Shown here piece by piece: positions 1-9,277 of a DNA stretch of 64,000 bases. Position numbers and translations under genes: made by a program. The first letter of the stretch is position 1, and the number at the start of each line of letters is the position of its first letter. Below the pieces are notes generated by a model. That model was not told the DNA's origin and did no database searches. It saw nothing but the letters and a program-made list of their open reading frames with translations. This DNA is from Steroidobacteraceae bacterium (GTDB lineage: Bacteria; Pseudomonadota; Gammaproteobacteria; Steroidobacterales; Steroidobacteraceae): NCBI GenBank assembly GCA_049517075.1, contig JBEKSM010000032.1, positions 2,169 to 66,168 of the forward strand, in the 5' to 3' direction.

Positions 1-373
1 CCAATCGTTCGCAGTCCGTCATCTCACGGCACGCGCAATGAAAGCTCGCACGAAGGATCACCTTCATTCGTTCGATTCGCGCGATCAAGTGATCCAGTTC
101 TGATGCCTTTCGCTCGGCCATCTCGCGCCAGCGCCGCGTTGAAGTCGTTGCAAGCGGAAATCCCTCAAAAAAGGTGCGCGTTTCGCGAACCGAGAAACCG
201 GCTTCGCGCGCAAGAAGAATGATCCGAACGCGACCGACAACTTGTGGATCGTATTGCCGCCGCTTCGAAACACGAATCGGCGCTGCCACGAGGCCGATCT
301 TTTCATAGTAGCGCAGCGCCGAGGTGCTAATACCCGCGGCGCGTGCAACCTCCCCAATCCGCAGATATGCCAT
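1..373 (-). CDS. MerR family transcriptional regulator (C-terminus runs off the window start)
   Basis: Absent from the ORF track because it has no stop in the window. Reverse-strand translation from the ATG at 373-371 gives MAYLRIGEVARAAGISTSALRYYEKIGLVAAPIRVSKRRQYDPQVVGRVRIILLAREAGFSVRETRTFF... This is the MerR N-terminal HTH signature (LRYYE..GL..P.R....R.Y) followed by a helical region. The frame stays open to position 1. Confidence 0.8.
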   Translation of the reverse strand, partial: MAYLRIGEVARAAGISTSALRYYEKIGLVAAPIRVSKRRQYDPQVVGRVRIILLAREAGFSVRETRTFFEGFPLATTSTRRWREMAERKASELDHLIARIERMKVILRASFHCACREMTDCERL

Positions 374-395
374 GGGTTTTCTCCGATTGCCGTGC

Positions 396-414
396 AAACC
401 GATTGCGACGGTTT
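396..414. promoter_or_regulatory. candidate MerR operator (inverted repeat AAACCG-N7-CGGTTT) in the divergent intergenic region
   Basis: Perfect 6-bp arms (aaaccg attgcga cggttt) lie in the 68-nt spacer between the MerR start (373) and the methyltransferase start (442). A direct repeat ccgattgc occurs twice nearby. The function is inferred from position only. Confidence 0.25.
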
Positions 415-441
415 CGATGATCCCAGCAGGAGACGCGTACG

Positions 442-1215
442 ATGAGCAAGCGAACGTGGTTATTCATCGGACTCGCGAGCCTTGCGATCCATGGCTGTGC
501 GGGCGCGCCGACCTCAGGAGTGTCAATCTCACCGGCAATCACGGCGGCCCTGGCCGACTCTCGACGACCGATGGAACAGATGCAGCTGGATTCGACGAGA
601 CGTCCGGATGTCATCCTCGCATTCGCCGGCGTCAAGGCGGGAGACCGGGTTGCGGATTTCATGCCGGGCAATGGCTATTTCACCCGCATTCTCAGTGATG
701 TCGTGGGCCCAAAGGGGTGGGTCTATGCCTTCATTCCGTCGGAGCAAATCGCCAACTGCCCGGCGCGCGAGATTGCCGGCACTCAGGCGATCGCAAAGGA
801 CCGAAGCTATGCCAACGTCGCGGTGCTCAGCGACTCGCTTGGCGCGTTTCGCATGCCGGAAATGCTCGACCTGATTTGGACTGCGCAAAACTACCATGAC
901 TTGCATGACGCCTTCCTGGGTCCTGCCAACGTCGCGGCGCTCAACAAAGCCTTCTTCGACGCGTTGAGACCCGGCGGGGCTTTCTTGGTCATCGATCACG
1001 TCGCTGAGCCGGGGTCCGGTCTGCGCGATACCGAGACGCTGCATCGGATCGATCCGTTCCGCATGAAAGGCGAAATTGAAGCGGCGGGATTCATCTTCGA
1101 GGCGCAACGCAACGTGCTGAGAAATCCAGCCGACGATCACCAGCGCAGCGTGTTTGACCCCGTGATTCGAGGCCGAACCGACCAAGTCGTGTATCGATTC
1201 CGAAAGCCGATCTGA
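442..1215 (+). CDS. exported (lipobox-like) class I SAM-dependent methyltransferase-like protein
   Basis: ORF track, 257 aa. N-terminal signal peptide ends in LAIHGC. Rossmann-type motif VADFMPGNGYFTRIL and post-motif GGAFLVIDH. Divergently arranged with the MerR gene. Confidence 0.55.
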   Translation: MSKRTWLFIGLASLAIHGCAGAPTSGVSISPAITAALADSRRPMEQMQLDSTRRPDVILAFAGVKAGDRVADFMPGNGYFTRILSDVVGPKGWVYAFIPSEQIANCPAREIAGTQAIAKDRSYANVAVLSDSLGAFRMPEMLDLIWTAQNYHDLHDAFLGPANVAALNKAFFDALRPGGAFLVIDHVAEPGSGLRDTETLHRIDPFRMKGEIEAAGFIFEAQRNVLRNPADDHQRSVFDPVIRGRTDQVVYRFRKPI

Positions 1216-1456
1216 CGTGCTTCAGCTGGTGGGTTAGACGGCTGCAACACGAGCATCGGGAGCCGGGTTATTCCCGCTGCACCGTGATTGTGTGCGTGCA
1301 GCAATTCACGCTCCGGAGAGCCAAATTGAGACCCGCCGACCGCTCGCATTGGCGGCGTCCCACTCAAGAAACGGATTTCGATGTCGATTTCTTATTTGAT
1401 TGCCGCTCGGCGGCCGCGGCTGGCCGCCGATCCCTCGCCCTGAGTTGAGAGCCCTG

Positions 1457-4400
1457 ATGACGATCCAATCCACCTCAACCGTCCGTCTGGCAGATACCGC
1501 GGCGACGCGTGTACGCGGTTGGTCGGTCGCCGTCACGGTGCTGCTGTTGATCTGCGCGCATCGGGCGCACGGCAATCAATGCTATGCGGCCGCGACCCAG
1601 GGTACTGCCCCGTCCACCTACCAGGCCTATTGCTGGCTGGACTTTACCGGCTACTCCGACACGCAAGCGCAAACCGCCGCGGGGCAAGCCTTTACCTTTG
1701 CCTTATCGGACGGCACGACACTGAGCTTGTCGCTGCACGTCAGTACGAACGCCTCCAATCCGGCGCTCTCGGCGAGCGCGGTGCCCACGTGGAGCGGGGC
1801 CGCGTTCGGTAACAGCGCCTTCTTAGGTATTTCCGGCAAGCCCGTGTTGTATGAGGTGCAATCGGGCTCCACAGTCCAAATCACCTTGAGCAAAATTACG
1901 CTGACGCCGCCGAGCGGCGTGACGGCGATCGGTGCCTACGGCTTTGTCGCCGCCGATGGAGAGTCGACCAACGGCGGCGAAACCTTGAGCTTCACGACCA
2001 ATGGCGCCGCTTGGACCGAAATGGCGCAGATTCCGAACGGCTCCGCGTATCCGAGCTTGAGTGGGGTCGGAACGACCACGGTGACCGAGACGGGTATTGC
2101 CGGAACGGTCGGAAGCTATGCGTTCCAAACCCTGAATAACCCCACGCAAGTATCCTCGGTACTCGTGGGCGCCGGCCTGCAGGGCGCCATCTTCGGCGTC
2201 CGGTATGGATCGATGGTGGTCAACACGCAGCTCACGACGACCCGCGCCAATGCGAGCGATCAATTCACCTACGGCGTTCAGTCCACCGGCGGTACGGTCA
2301 TTGCGACCGGCACTTCCACCGGCACCGGCTTGGGTCCGTTTACCGCAGCGAGTGCACCAACCATCGCCGGCAGCTACGCGTTCGTCGTGAGCGAATCGAT
2401 GGCGGCCGGCAGCGTGAGCCCGTTCAACTATTACGTGCCGTCCTTGACCTGCACCAACGCCGCCGGCGGATCGACGACGGTCATGCCCACGAATGCCGCC
2501 GTGTCGAGTTACACGTTTCCCGGTCTGCAATATCAGGACGCCGTGAGCTGCATCTTCAGCAATTCGGTATCGCCGCTCTATGTCCCCAATCATTTTGCCG
2601 TGAGCACGCCGGGCACCGCCGTCAATTGCCAGGCTGCAGCGGTGACGATTACGGCGCACACCGCGGCGCACGCGGCGCTTGGCATCACCTCGAGCATCTC
2701 AATCACCACCAGTACCGGGCACGGGGATTGGACCTTGACCACCGGTAACGGCACGTTCGTTGCGGGAAGCTCCAATAGCGGCATCGCGAGCTACACGTAT
2801 GCCGCGTCGGACGCCGGCGTAGCCGTGTTTGCGCTTCGCGATACCTATGCGGAGGCCGTCACGATCAACGTGACCGATGGAACCGTGACGGCTAAAGCCG
2901 GCACCGCGCTCGCCTCCGAGGACAGCCCGCTCACTTTTGTGGCATCCGGCTTTCGCGTGACGAACGGCGGCAATGTCGCGACCACCATCGGCACTCAGCA
3001 GGCCGGCGTGAGCTCGAGCGTGAGTCTCGCACTGCAAGCCATTCGCACCGATACCTTGACCGGCGCCTGCACCAGCGCGTTCGCGAGCGGGTCCACGGTC
3101 AACGTGAGCCTCGCCTATCAGTGCAATAATCCGCTCAGCTGCATCGGCGGCCAGATCTTTTCTTTGACGAACAACGGCACCACGACGAGCCTTGCATCGA
3201 ACGCGAACGCCGGCATCACGAACTATACGACCGTGCCGCTCAAGTTCAGCACGCCCAATGCCGAAGCGCCCTTCAGCCTCAATTACAGCGACGCCGGTCA
3301 GATCACGCTTGCGGCAAAATACACGATCCCGCTGCAAAACGGCGCGGCATCCGGCAACACCATGATCGGCGCCGCCCAGTTCGTGGTACAGCCCTATAAC
3401 CTCACGCTGTCGAACATCAAGACCTCTGCAAGCGGCAGCGCCAATCCGGCGGCGAGCACAGCGACCGGCCCGGTGTTCCTCGGCGCAGGACAGCCCTTTA
3501 CCGCCAGCGTCACCGCGACTAACTACTTCGGCAACGCGACCCCAAACTTCGGCCAAGAGACCTCGCCCGCCGCAGTCACGCTCGGCCCCAATCTCGTGCT
3601 GCCGGCGGCCGGCCATGACCCGACGGTGAGCGGCGGCTTCGGCACCTACTCGGGCGGCAGCGCGACCGGCACCGCCTTCTCCTGGCCGGAAGTCGGCATC
3701 ATCACGCTCACGCCGAACGTCGCGAACTATCTCGGCAGCGGCATCATTTACGGCACGACGTCGGGTGACATCGGTCGCTTTGTCCCGAACAAGTTCACAA
3801 CCGCGGTCAATACTCCCGTGTTCGGCACCGCATGCATCACCGGTGCCTTCACCTATGTCGGCCAGTCATTTATCTATGCCGTTGCGCCGGTCATCACCGC
3901 CACCGCGGTCGCGCTAGGCGGCACGACCACCCAGAACTACACGGGTGCGCTCATGCGCCTGTCAAACAGTTCCCTGACGGGGCGCAGCTATACGCCGACG
4001 CCGGCGAGCCCCGCACTCAACCTGACCGGCCTGCCGGCCACCGCAGTCGACCCGATAATCGTCGACCTCGGCGCCGGCCAGGTCTCGCTCAGCTTCAGCA
4101 CCGGCAGCGGTTTGTCCTTCATTCGCGGAAGTCCCATCGCACCGTTCGGCGCGAACATCACGCTCGCCGAAAATGTCATCGATCTCGATGGGGTCAGCGC
4201 CACGAATCCCGTCACCTTCGGCGCCACCGGCGGCATCGCATTCAGCACCGGCGCCAACCAATACTACGGCCGTCTCACACTGCGCAGCGCCTTGGGCTCC
4301 GAGCTGCTCGACCTGCCCATGACGCTCAAGACCGAGTACTACGCCGGCGCCTCCGCGGGATTCACCACCAACGCCGCCGACAGCTGCACCGCCGCGCCGC

Positions 4401-4726
4401 CGATTGCCTTCAGTGCCTACCAGCAAAATCTCGCCGCCGGTGAGACCTGCGTGCGCGACAACGGCTCTCCGGGATTGTCCGGTGTTGGCTGCAGTACCGC
4501 CGCGAGTTCGCGCTACGGCGCGGCGTCGGCAGGCATTTTCAATCTCATCCTCGGCGCACCGGGTAGCGGCCATAACGGCGCGCTGACCGTCACTGCCACC
4601 GCCCCGCTTTATCTGCAGTACCTGTGGTCACAAAGTGTGGGCTCGATTTCCAACCCCGCCGCGCTTGCGACCTTCGGCGTCTTCCCGGGTCCCGCCGCCC
4701 GCATCTATCAGCGCGAGGTTTATTGA
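1457..4726 (+). CDS. very large secreted Thr/Ser/Ala/Gly-rich protein, MshQ-like (DUF6701-type C-terminus)
   Basis: ORF 1400..4726. I start it at ATG 1457 (MTIQSTSTVRL...VTVLLLICAHRAHG, signal-like), giving 1089 aa with no further TM segment. The C-terminal ...TFGVFPGPAARIYQREVY resembles the conserved end of MshQ-type proteins as I remember them. The family call is unverified. Confidence 0.45.
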   Translation: MTIQSTSTVRLADTAATRVRGWSVAVTVLLLICAHRAHGNQCYAAATQGTAPSTYQAYCWLDFTGYSDTQAQTAAGQAFTFALSDGTTLSLSLHVSTNASNPALSASAVPTWSGAAFGNSAFLGISGKPVLYEVQSGSTVQITLSKITLTPPSGVTAIGAYGFVAADGESTNGGETLSFTTNGAAWTEMAQIPNGSAYPSLSGVGTTTVTETGIAGTVGSYAFQTLNNPTQVSSVLVGAGLQGAIFGVRYGSMVVNTQLTTTRANASDQFTYGVQSTGGTVIATGTSTGTGLGPFTAASAPTIAGSYAFVVSESMAAGSVSPFNYYVPSLTCTNAAGGSTTVMPTNAAVSSYTFPGLQYQDAVSCIFSNSVSPLYVPNHFAVSTPGTAVNCQAAAVTITAHTAAHAALGITSSISITTSTGHGDWTLTTGNGTFVAGSSNSGIASYTYAASDAGVAVFALRDTYAEAVTINVTDGTVTAKAGTALASEDSPLTFVASGFRVTNGGNVATTIGTQQAGVSSSVSLALQAIRTDTLTGACTSAFASGSTVNVSLAYQCNNPLSCIGGQIFSLTNNGTTTSLASNANAGITNYTTVPLKFSTPNAEAPFSLNYSDAGQITLAAKYTIPLQNGAASGNTMIGAAQFVVQPYNLTLSNIKTSASGSANPAASTATGPVFLGAGQPFTASVTATNYFGNATPNFGQETSPAAVTLGPNLVLPAAGHDPTVSGGFGTYSGGSATGTAFSWPEVGIITLTPNVANYLGSGIIYGTTSGDIGRFVPNKFTTAVNTPVFGTACITGAFTYVGQSFIYAVAPVITATAVALGGTTTQNYTGALMRLSNSSLTGRSYTPTPASPALNLTGLPATAVDPIIVDLGAGQVSLSFSTGSGLSFIRGSPIAPFGANITLAENVIDLDGVSATNPVTFGATGGIAFSTGANQYYGRLTLRSALGSELLDLPMTLKTEYYAGASAGFTTNAADSCTAAPPIAFSAYQQNLAAGETCVRDNGSPGLSGVGCSTAASSRYGAASAGIFNLILGAPGSGHNGALTVTATAPLYLQYLWSQSVGSISNPAALATFGVFPGPAARIYQREVY

Positions 4727-4744
4727 CGGGCAGTCGACGCGCGA

Positions 4745-7603
4745 TTACCCGAGCGCGAGCGTTACAACGATTGCTTCGCCGGATTCCATCCATGCGCCAT
4801 GGTGGTAGGTGCCTCCAATCAGACGGGTCCGGTAGCCGATCAGGTCGAGTTCAAAAACGTCCGCTGCAGCAGGGCTTGAATCCGCGGCTTCGCCATCCCA
4901 GCGGACCCGGAGTTCCAAGGACTCTGCATCGGCGCCGAGCTCCATGAAGATTGACGAGCCGCGGCGGCGCCGGGCAGCGTAGTGCAATGCGCTGCGCGCG
5001 ATCAGGTAAAGCTGATCGGCGATGATTGGTTCGAGATCATCGCAGCGAGCACAGGCCTGGTACTGGACGGGCGCAGCGAAGCGCGCCTCGGCCTCCTGTA
5101 CAAGTGCGCGCAATGCGGAGTCGAGGGATCCCCGCACGACCGTCGTTGGCGACAACACGGCCGCGACCTCCCTTGCGGTCTGAACTGCGCCGGTCAGATG
5201 ACGCTGAGTCTCCTGCAGCATGGCGGCGGTCGCGGCATCCTGCGATGACAGTCGACTCGTCAAGCTGCCCAGTGACATCGACAGGCCCGCGAGCTCCTGC
5301 GCCAAGCCTTCGTGCAGACGACCGCTGATTTGCAATGATTCCCGAGCAGCGACGCTCGCGAGCTCCCGTTCGATGCGGCGCTGGTTTGAGATGTCCCGGC
5401 AGACGCAGATCAGCGCCTCCCGATCGGCAAGCGTGAGTCGCGAGCGCGTAACGGACACCAGGCAGTGGCTACCGTCCCCGCGGTGTAAAGTGGTTTCTAT
5501 TCGGGATGCCCCGCCACAGGAAATGAGCGTTCCGGTCGATTGCAGCTCGGTCGCAACGCCGTTCAGCAATTCGAGTGACAACCGCGACTCGCCATCAGGG
5601 CTGTAACCGAGCAGCCCCCACATCGCATCGTTTGCGAAGCTCACACGATCGCCGCCCTCAATGATGATGACACCTTCGTTCATCGTTTCGAGCACGCGCG
5701 CCTGCAGCGTCAGCCGGTTCTCGAGAAGTTGTCGCACGGTCACATCCGTGCACCGGACCGTAATTCCGATGAGCTCGCCGGCCGAGAGCACCGGCGTCGC
5801 GCGAATCTCGAAGTGACTCGGCTCTTCGCGTCCGGCGGGCCAGCCCGCCTGCAAGTCCCCCGAGCGTGTCTCGCGAATCACGTCCTCGATGAATGACCGA
5901 AATTGCGCCCGCGCTGGCTCGGGGACTCCGATCTCTGCCGAAGTGCCGACGGTAATGCTGGCGGCTCCCGGAAAGCAGCGGTTGGCGAACAGCATTCTTC
6001 CACCCGGGTCGAGCAGCATGACCGTGTCCGGAAGATTCTTGGTCAGCGTGTCGAGAGTCGCCGCATAACGAGCGAGTGCGCGCCGATGACGCTGGCCGAG
6101 ATAGAGAAGGTAGGCGAGCAGGCAGCATCCCAAAAAACCGGTGACGGCAAGACTGATAATCAAGCGACGCACCACGCGCTGACTGTCGAGTTGCTGCCGC
6201 TGCGCGCTGTTCTCGCTCGCGAGATCTCGATTGGCGGTCTCGAGCATCCTTGTTTCGGCGATACCGTTGAGAATCGCCATGCTCCTGCCGCGTTCCGCGA
6301 CGGCCGCGCGCTCGGTGCTCGAGATTGAATGCTCCAGATCCTCAGCCGCCTCCCGATACCGCCCCAGTCCACGCAGAGCGCGTGCGCGATCGCGGTACAA
6401 CGGGCCGAGATACCGCAGCGGCTCGAGTTCGAGGCGCTCGTTCAATATCGTGTTGAATCCCTCCAGCGCGGCCTTGTATTGTGACCGCTGCAGAGCGATC
6501 CGGGATTGGTACATCAGCGCATCAGTTGCAAGATCGAGGCGACCCAAATCCTCAAATGTCTTGACGCCCGATCGGCAAATCGAGTCGGCTTCGTCGAGCC
6601 GGTTAGCACCAATCAAGGCACCGCACATTGGCAAAGTCGTGAACGCTGCATCGAGTCGATCGCCGAGACTGATCGCCACCTCGCGGGCCTGCGGCAACAC
6701 GGCAAGCGCAGCGTCCCAGCGACCGCCATCGAGATCGATCTGGCCCGTGGTGAAATCCACCAGCCAAAGCAGTCGTCGATAGCCCCGCGCTCGTGCCTGC
6801 TCCCCGGCCTCGTTGGCCATCAGCTCAGCGTCCTGCAGCAGGCCGCCACGACGATAGATCGTCGCGAGGCGCAATGCTGCATACATGCTTGCGTCGGGAT
6901 ATTGATGCGCTTGTGCCTCTTGATAGGCGGCGATCGCATCAGCGACGGCGAGATCGGGGCGGTCAAGCTCCGCATTGACGTCGCCGCGGGTCAGCCGCAG
7001 ACAGATTTGCGGCAGTGAGCCGGCAGTTGTTTCGGCAAATAACTGATCCGCCTCTTCGCGAACGCGCTCAAATTCCTCGCGCCGGGTCGCTATTGCGGCT
7101 GCAGCGCCCACCACGCCCATCCTCAGCTCGAGCGTCCGCTGATCGGCGGGCAGCTGTTTCAATAACTCGCGTACCGTTGTCAGTGATTCACTTGCATCGC
7201 GCGCACGACCCTCGCCGCTGCGAACCTTGGCGATGACCAAGTAGAGTCCTGCGCGAACCGCGAGCGAATGATCCGCGTCGGCCTTCGATAGCTCGGCCGT
7301 TGCGGTTGCCTCTGCCTGCTCGGGGTTGCTATCGATCAACGCATCGGCGCGTGCCACGATCGGATTGGACGGTGACTGACAGCTTGCTTGCGCCGGCGTG
7401 CTCCATCCCACGAGCGCGCTCGCAATCGCCGAGGCGGCGACGAGTGTCCGGGGTCGTGGGGTTCGAGAGGCGCTTCGGCCGCTGCGTATCATCGGCGTTG
7501 TCGAGCACATCGGTAGGTAACGCGCTCGTGTGTTACTGCCTGCGAGGTGGTTGCTAGGTTCTGTCGGGGTATTTGCAGGATCATCATTTTCTTCTTGAGC
7601 CAT
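4745..7603 (-). CDS. membrane sensor histidine kinase (TPR-like periplasmic region, two PAS-like segments, HisKA_3 H-box, atypical ATPase motifs)
   Basis: ORF track, 952 aa. Signal/TM RTLVAASAIASALVGW, a long helical-repeat region, then TM LIISLAVTGFLGCCLLAYLLYLG. PAS-like segments LPDTVMLLDPGGRMLFANRCF and METMNEGVIIIEGGDRVSFANDAMWGLLGY. H-box SGRLHEGLAQELAGLSMSL (NarX/LuxR-partner type). No response regulator is adjacent. The start may be an internal Met (MIRSGR...). Confidence 0.7.
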   Translation of the reverse strand: MAQEENDDPANTPTEPSNHLAGSNTRARYLPMCSTTPMIRSGRSASRTPRPRTLVAASAIASALVGWSTPAQASCQSPSNPIVARADALIDSNPEQAEATATAELSKADADHSLAVRAGLYLVIAKVRSGEGRARDASESLTTVRELLKQLPADQRTLELRMGVVGAAAAIATRREEFERVREEADQLFAETTAGSLPQICLRLTRGDVNAELDRPDLAVADAIAAYQEAQAHQYPDASMYAALRLATIYRRGGLLQDAELMANEAGEQARARGYRRLLWLVDFTTGQIDLDGGRWDAALAVLPQAREVAISLGDRLDAAFTTLPMCGALIGANRLDEADSICRSGVKTFEDLGRLDLATDALMYQSRIALQRSQYKAALEGFNTILNERLELEPLRYLGPLYRDRARALRGLGRYREAAEDLEHSISSTERAAVAERGRSMAILNGIAETRMLETANRDLASENSAQRQQLDSQRVVRRLIISLAVTGFLGCCLLAYLLYLGQRHRRALARYAATLDTLTKNLPDTVMLLDPGGRMLFANRCFPGAASITVGTSAEIGVPEPARAQFRSFIEDVIRETRSGDLQAGWPAGREEPSHFEIRATPVLSAGELIGITVRCTDVTVRQLLENRLTLQARVLETMNEGVIIIEGGDRVSFANDAMWGLLGYSPDGESRLSLELLNGVATELQSTGTLISCGGASRIETTLHRGDGSHCLVSVTRSRLTLADREALICVCRDISNQRRIERELASVAARESLQISGRLHEGLAQELAGLSMSLGSLTSRLSSQDAATAAMLQETQRHLTGAVQTAREVAAVLSPTTVVRGSLDSALRALVQEAEARFAAPVQYQACARCDDLEPIIADQLYLIARSALHYAARRRRGSSIFMELGADAESLELRVRWDGEAADSSPAAADVFELDLIGYRTRLIGGTYHHGAWMESGEAIVVTLALG

Positions 7604-7821
7604 TCACATGAACCGGCCCCGAATCGAGCTCGGTTGTTCGCGCAGTAAGCGCAGCGAGCACGGTTTCAGTCTAGTTGTTGAGCAACCGGTCTAGTCATTG
7701 CCCACCGCATTCAACCGGTCACGAACAATGGGCACCTTTGGAATATTATTGCGCCGCAACACGGCCGTTCCCTAGCCTGTGTAGTGTACAACGCGGCCAT
7801 TGCCGGGCCGAAGACAGATAC

Positions 7822-7850
7822 TTGACTATTATATTTCTACATGGCTATAT
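7822..7850 (+). promoter_or_regulatory. sigma70-like promoter giving a leaderless or near-leaderless arsR-family transcript
   Basis: TTGACT (7822-7827), a 17-nt spacer, then CTATAT (7845-7850). The ATG of the ArsR-family gene follows at 7857, only 6 nt after the -10 element, with no Shine-Dalgarno. The region is AT-rich and contains TATAT/ATATA symmetry. Confidence 0.3.
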
Positions 7851-7856
7851 AGCTGC

Positions 7857-8204
7857 ATGGCAATACACAGTAGAAATGCGAACCGGCTGAGCAGCCGCTT
7901 TCAAGCCCTGAGTGACCCAACGCGGCGCGCGATTTTGGCGCGTCTCGTATCGGGCGAGGCGACGGTCTCAGAACTCATGGCGCCGTTCGAACTCAGTCAA
8001 CCGACGATCTCGAAACATCTCAAGGTTCTCGAAGACGCCGGACTCATCGAAGGTGGGCGCGATGCGCAGCGCCGCCCTCGCCGGCTCGCGCCGCTCGCGA
8101 TGAAAGACATCGCCGATTGGATCGAGCCGTTCCGACAACAGTGGGACAGCAGGTTCAAGAATCTGGATGCCCATCTCGCCAATGTCAAAAGACAGGAGCA
8201 GTGA
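7857..8204 (+). CDS. ArsR/SmtB family transcriptional regulator
   Basis: Within ORF 7800..8204, starting at MAIHSRN. Winged-helix signature FQALSDPTRRAILARLVSGEATVSELMAPFELSQPTISKHLKVLEDAGLI. Confidence 0.85.
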   Translation: MAIHSRNANRLSSRFQALSDPTRRAILARLVSGEATVSELMAPFELSQPTISKHLKVLEDAGLIEGGRDAQRRPRRLAPLAMKDIADWIEPFRQQWDSRFKNLDAHLANVKRQEQ

Positions 8205-8205
8205 T

Positions 8206-8685
8206 ATGCCCGCCCAATCAACGACCGGAGCCGAGACCGGCCTCGAAATTGATCGTAGAACGCATACGATCAGGCTGACGCGCATTTTCGACGCCTCGCG
8301 GGCTCAAATCTTCGACGCGTGGACGAGACCTGAGCAGGTGAGTTGCTGGTGGGATGCCGCGAGCGCGCCGCTGACCGCGTGCGAGATCGACCTACGCCCG
8401 GGTGGCGCCTTCAGATTTGTCACCAAGAGCCGCCCCGACATGCCATTCGCCGGGGTCTATCGAGAGATCGCGCCGCCCGATCGTCTGGTATTCGAGGCGA
8501 TGGGTTCCACCGGCCGGGTCTTGTTGCGAAATGTTGCCGGCAAGACTCACATGGTGGTCGAAATCGAATGCCACTCCGCGCAGCAGTTGGACCAATTTCT
8601 CACCATGGGCGTCGATGTCGGCACGGCGCAAACCCTCGAGAATCTCGTCGCCTATGCGCGGAGTCGATTCATCGCAGCCTCTTGA
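8206..8685 (+). CDS. SRPBCC / AHSA1 (Aha1-like) domain protein
   Basis: Within ORF 8167..8685. ATG 8206 lies 1 nt after the ArsR stop and is preceded by AGGAG. Contains RIFDASRAQIFDAWTRPEQVSCWW and GGAFRF, typical of the SRPBCC partners of ArsR regulators. Confidence 0.75.
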   Translation: MPAQSTTGAETGLEIDRRTHTIRLTRIFDASRAQIFDAWTRPEQVSCWWDAASAPLTACEIDLRPGGAFRFVTKSRPDMPFAGVYREIAPPDRLVFEAMGSTGRVLLRNVAGKTHMVVEIECHSAQQLDQFLTMGVDVGTAQTLENLVAYARSRFIAAS

Positions 8686-8787
8686 GCGCGAGTTCGGCTG
8701 AACTTCAACGACTCCATATCGCGTAATCCCATCTCGCGTGCGGTCAGCGATGGTTGACATGCATCTATTACTTGCCTATAGGGATCC

Positions 8788-9235
8788 ATGCCCGGACGCC
8801 TCGATGACACCGACGTGCTTTTCAACGCGCTGGCCGATCCAAGCCGGCGCAGGCTCCTGGACCTGCTGTATGCGCATGACGGCCGCACACTGAATGAGTT
8901 GTGCGGACACCTGGACATGACGCGGCAGGGGGTGACACAGCACCTGGATTTGCTCGAGGCGGCGAACCTCGTCGCCGCGGCGCTTGGTTATCCGCTGGCA
9001 GAACCAGTTCAGGCCCGAGCTCAAGGCCGAAGGCGACTCACTCTGCACGATGGAGCTCGAGCCGGTTGGATCGGCGGTCAAACTCTCCATCACCCAAACG
9101 ATCGAGCGCGAACCTTCGAAGTTGATCGAGGCGGTGTCGGGAGGCTGGCCGAAGATTCTCTCGAATCTGAAGTCCCTGCTGGAGACCGGTTCCATTGTTT
9201 TGCCGGATCCAAACCCGGCGGGCAATCAGCGCTAG
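8788..9235 (+). pseudogene. decayed second ArsR-SRPBCC module (internal deletion/frameshift fusing the ArsR N-terminus to the SRPBCC C-terminal third)
   Basis: Frame 1 encodes an ArsR HTH (LFNALADPSRRRLLDLLYAHDGRTLNELCGHLDMTRQGVTQHLDLLEAANLV), then continues as Arg/Gly-rich read-through without the expected wing. Frame 2 from about 8984 encodes only the tail of an SRPBCC protein (SLCTMELEPVGSAVKLSITQTIE...GGWPKILSNLKSLLETGS). The SRPBCC N-terminal two thirds are missing. Confidence 0.5.
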
Positions 9236-9277
9236 TTGCCCGCGACCGACGACTCTGCGTCAAATTTGGAGTTTGAC

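Noticed and set aside
1823-3616. Long minus-strand ORFs (282 aa and 305 aa) inside the MshQ-like gene, and similar ones at 529..1185, 3962..4573, 20283..20852 and 25533..26057
   Set aside because: Their translations are Arg/Gly/Ala/His-rich low-complexity strings, typical of antisense or off-frame reading in GC-rich DNA. Each is fully overlapped by a gene with recognisable motifs or protein-like composition.
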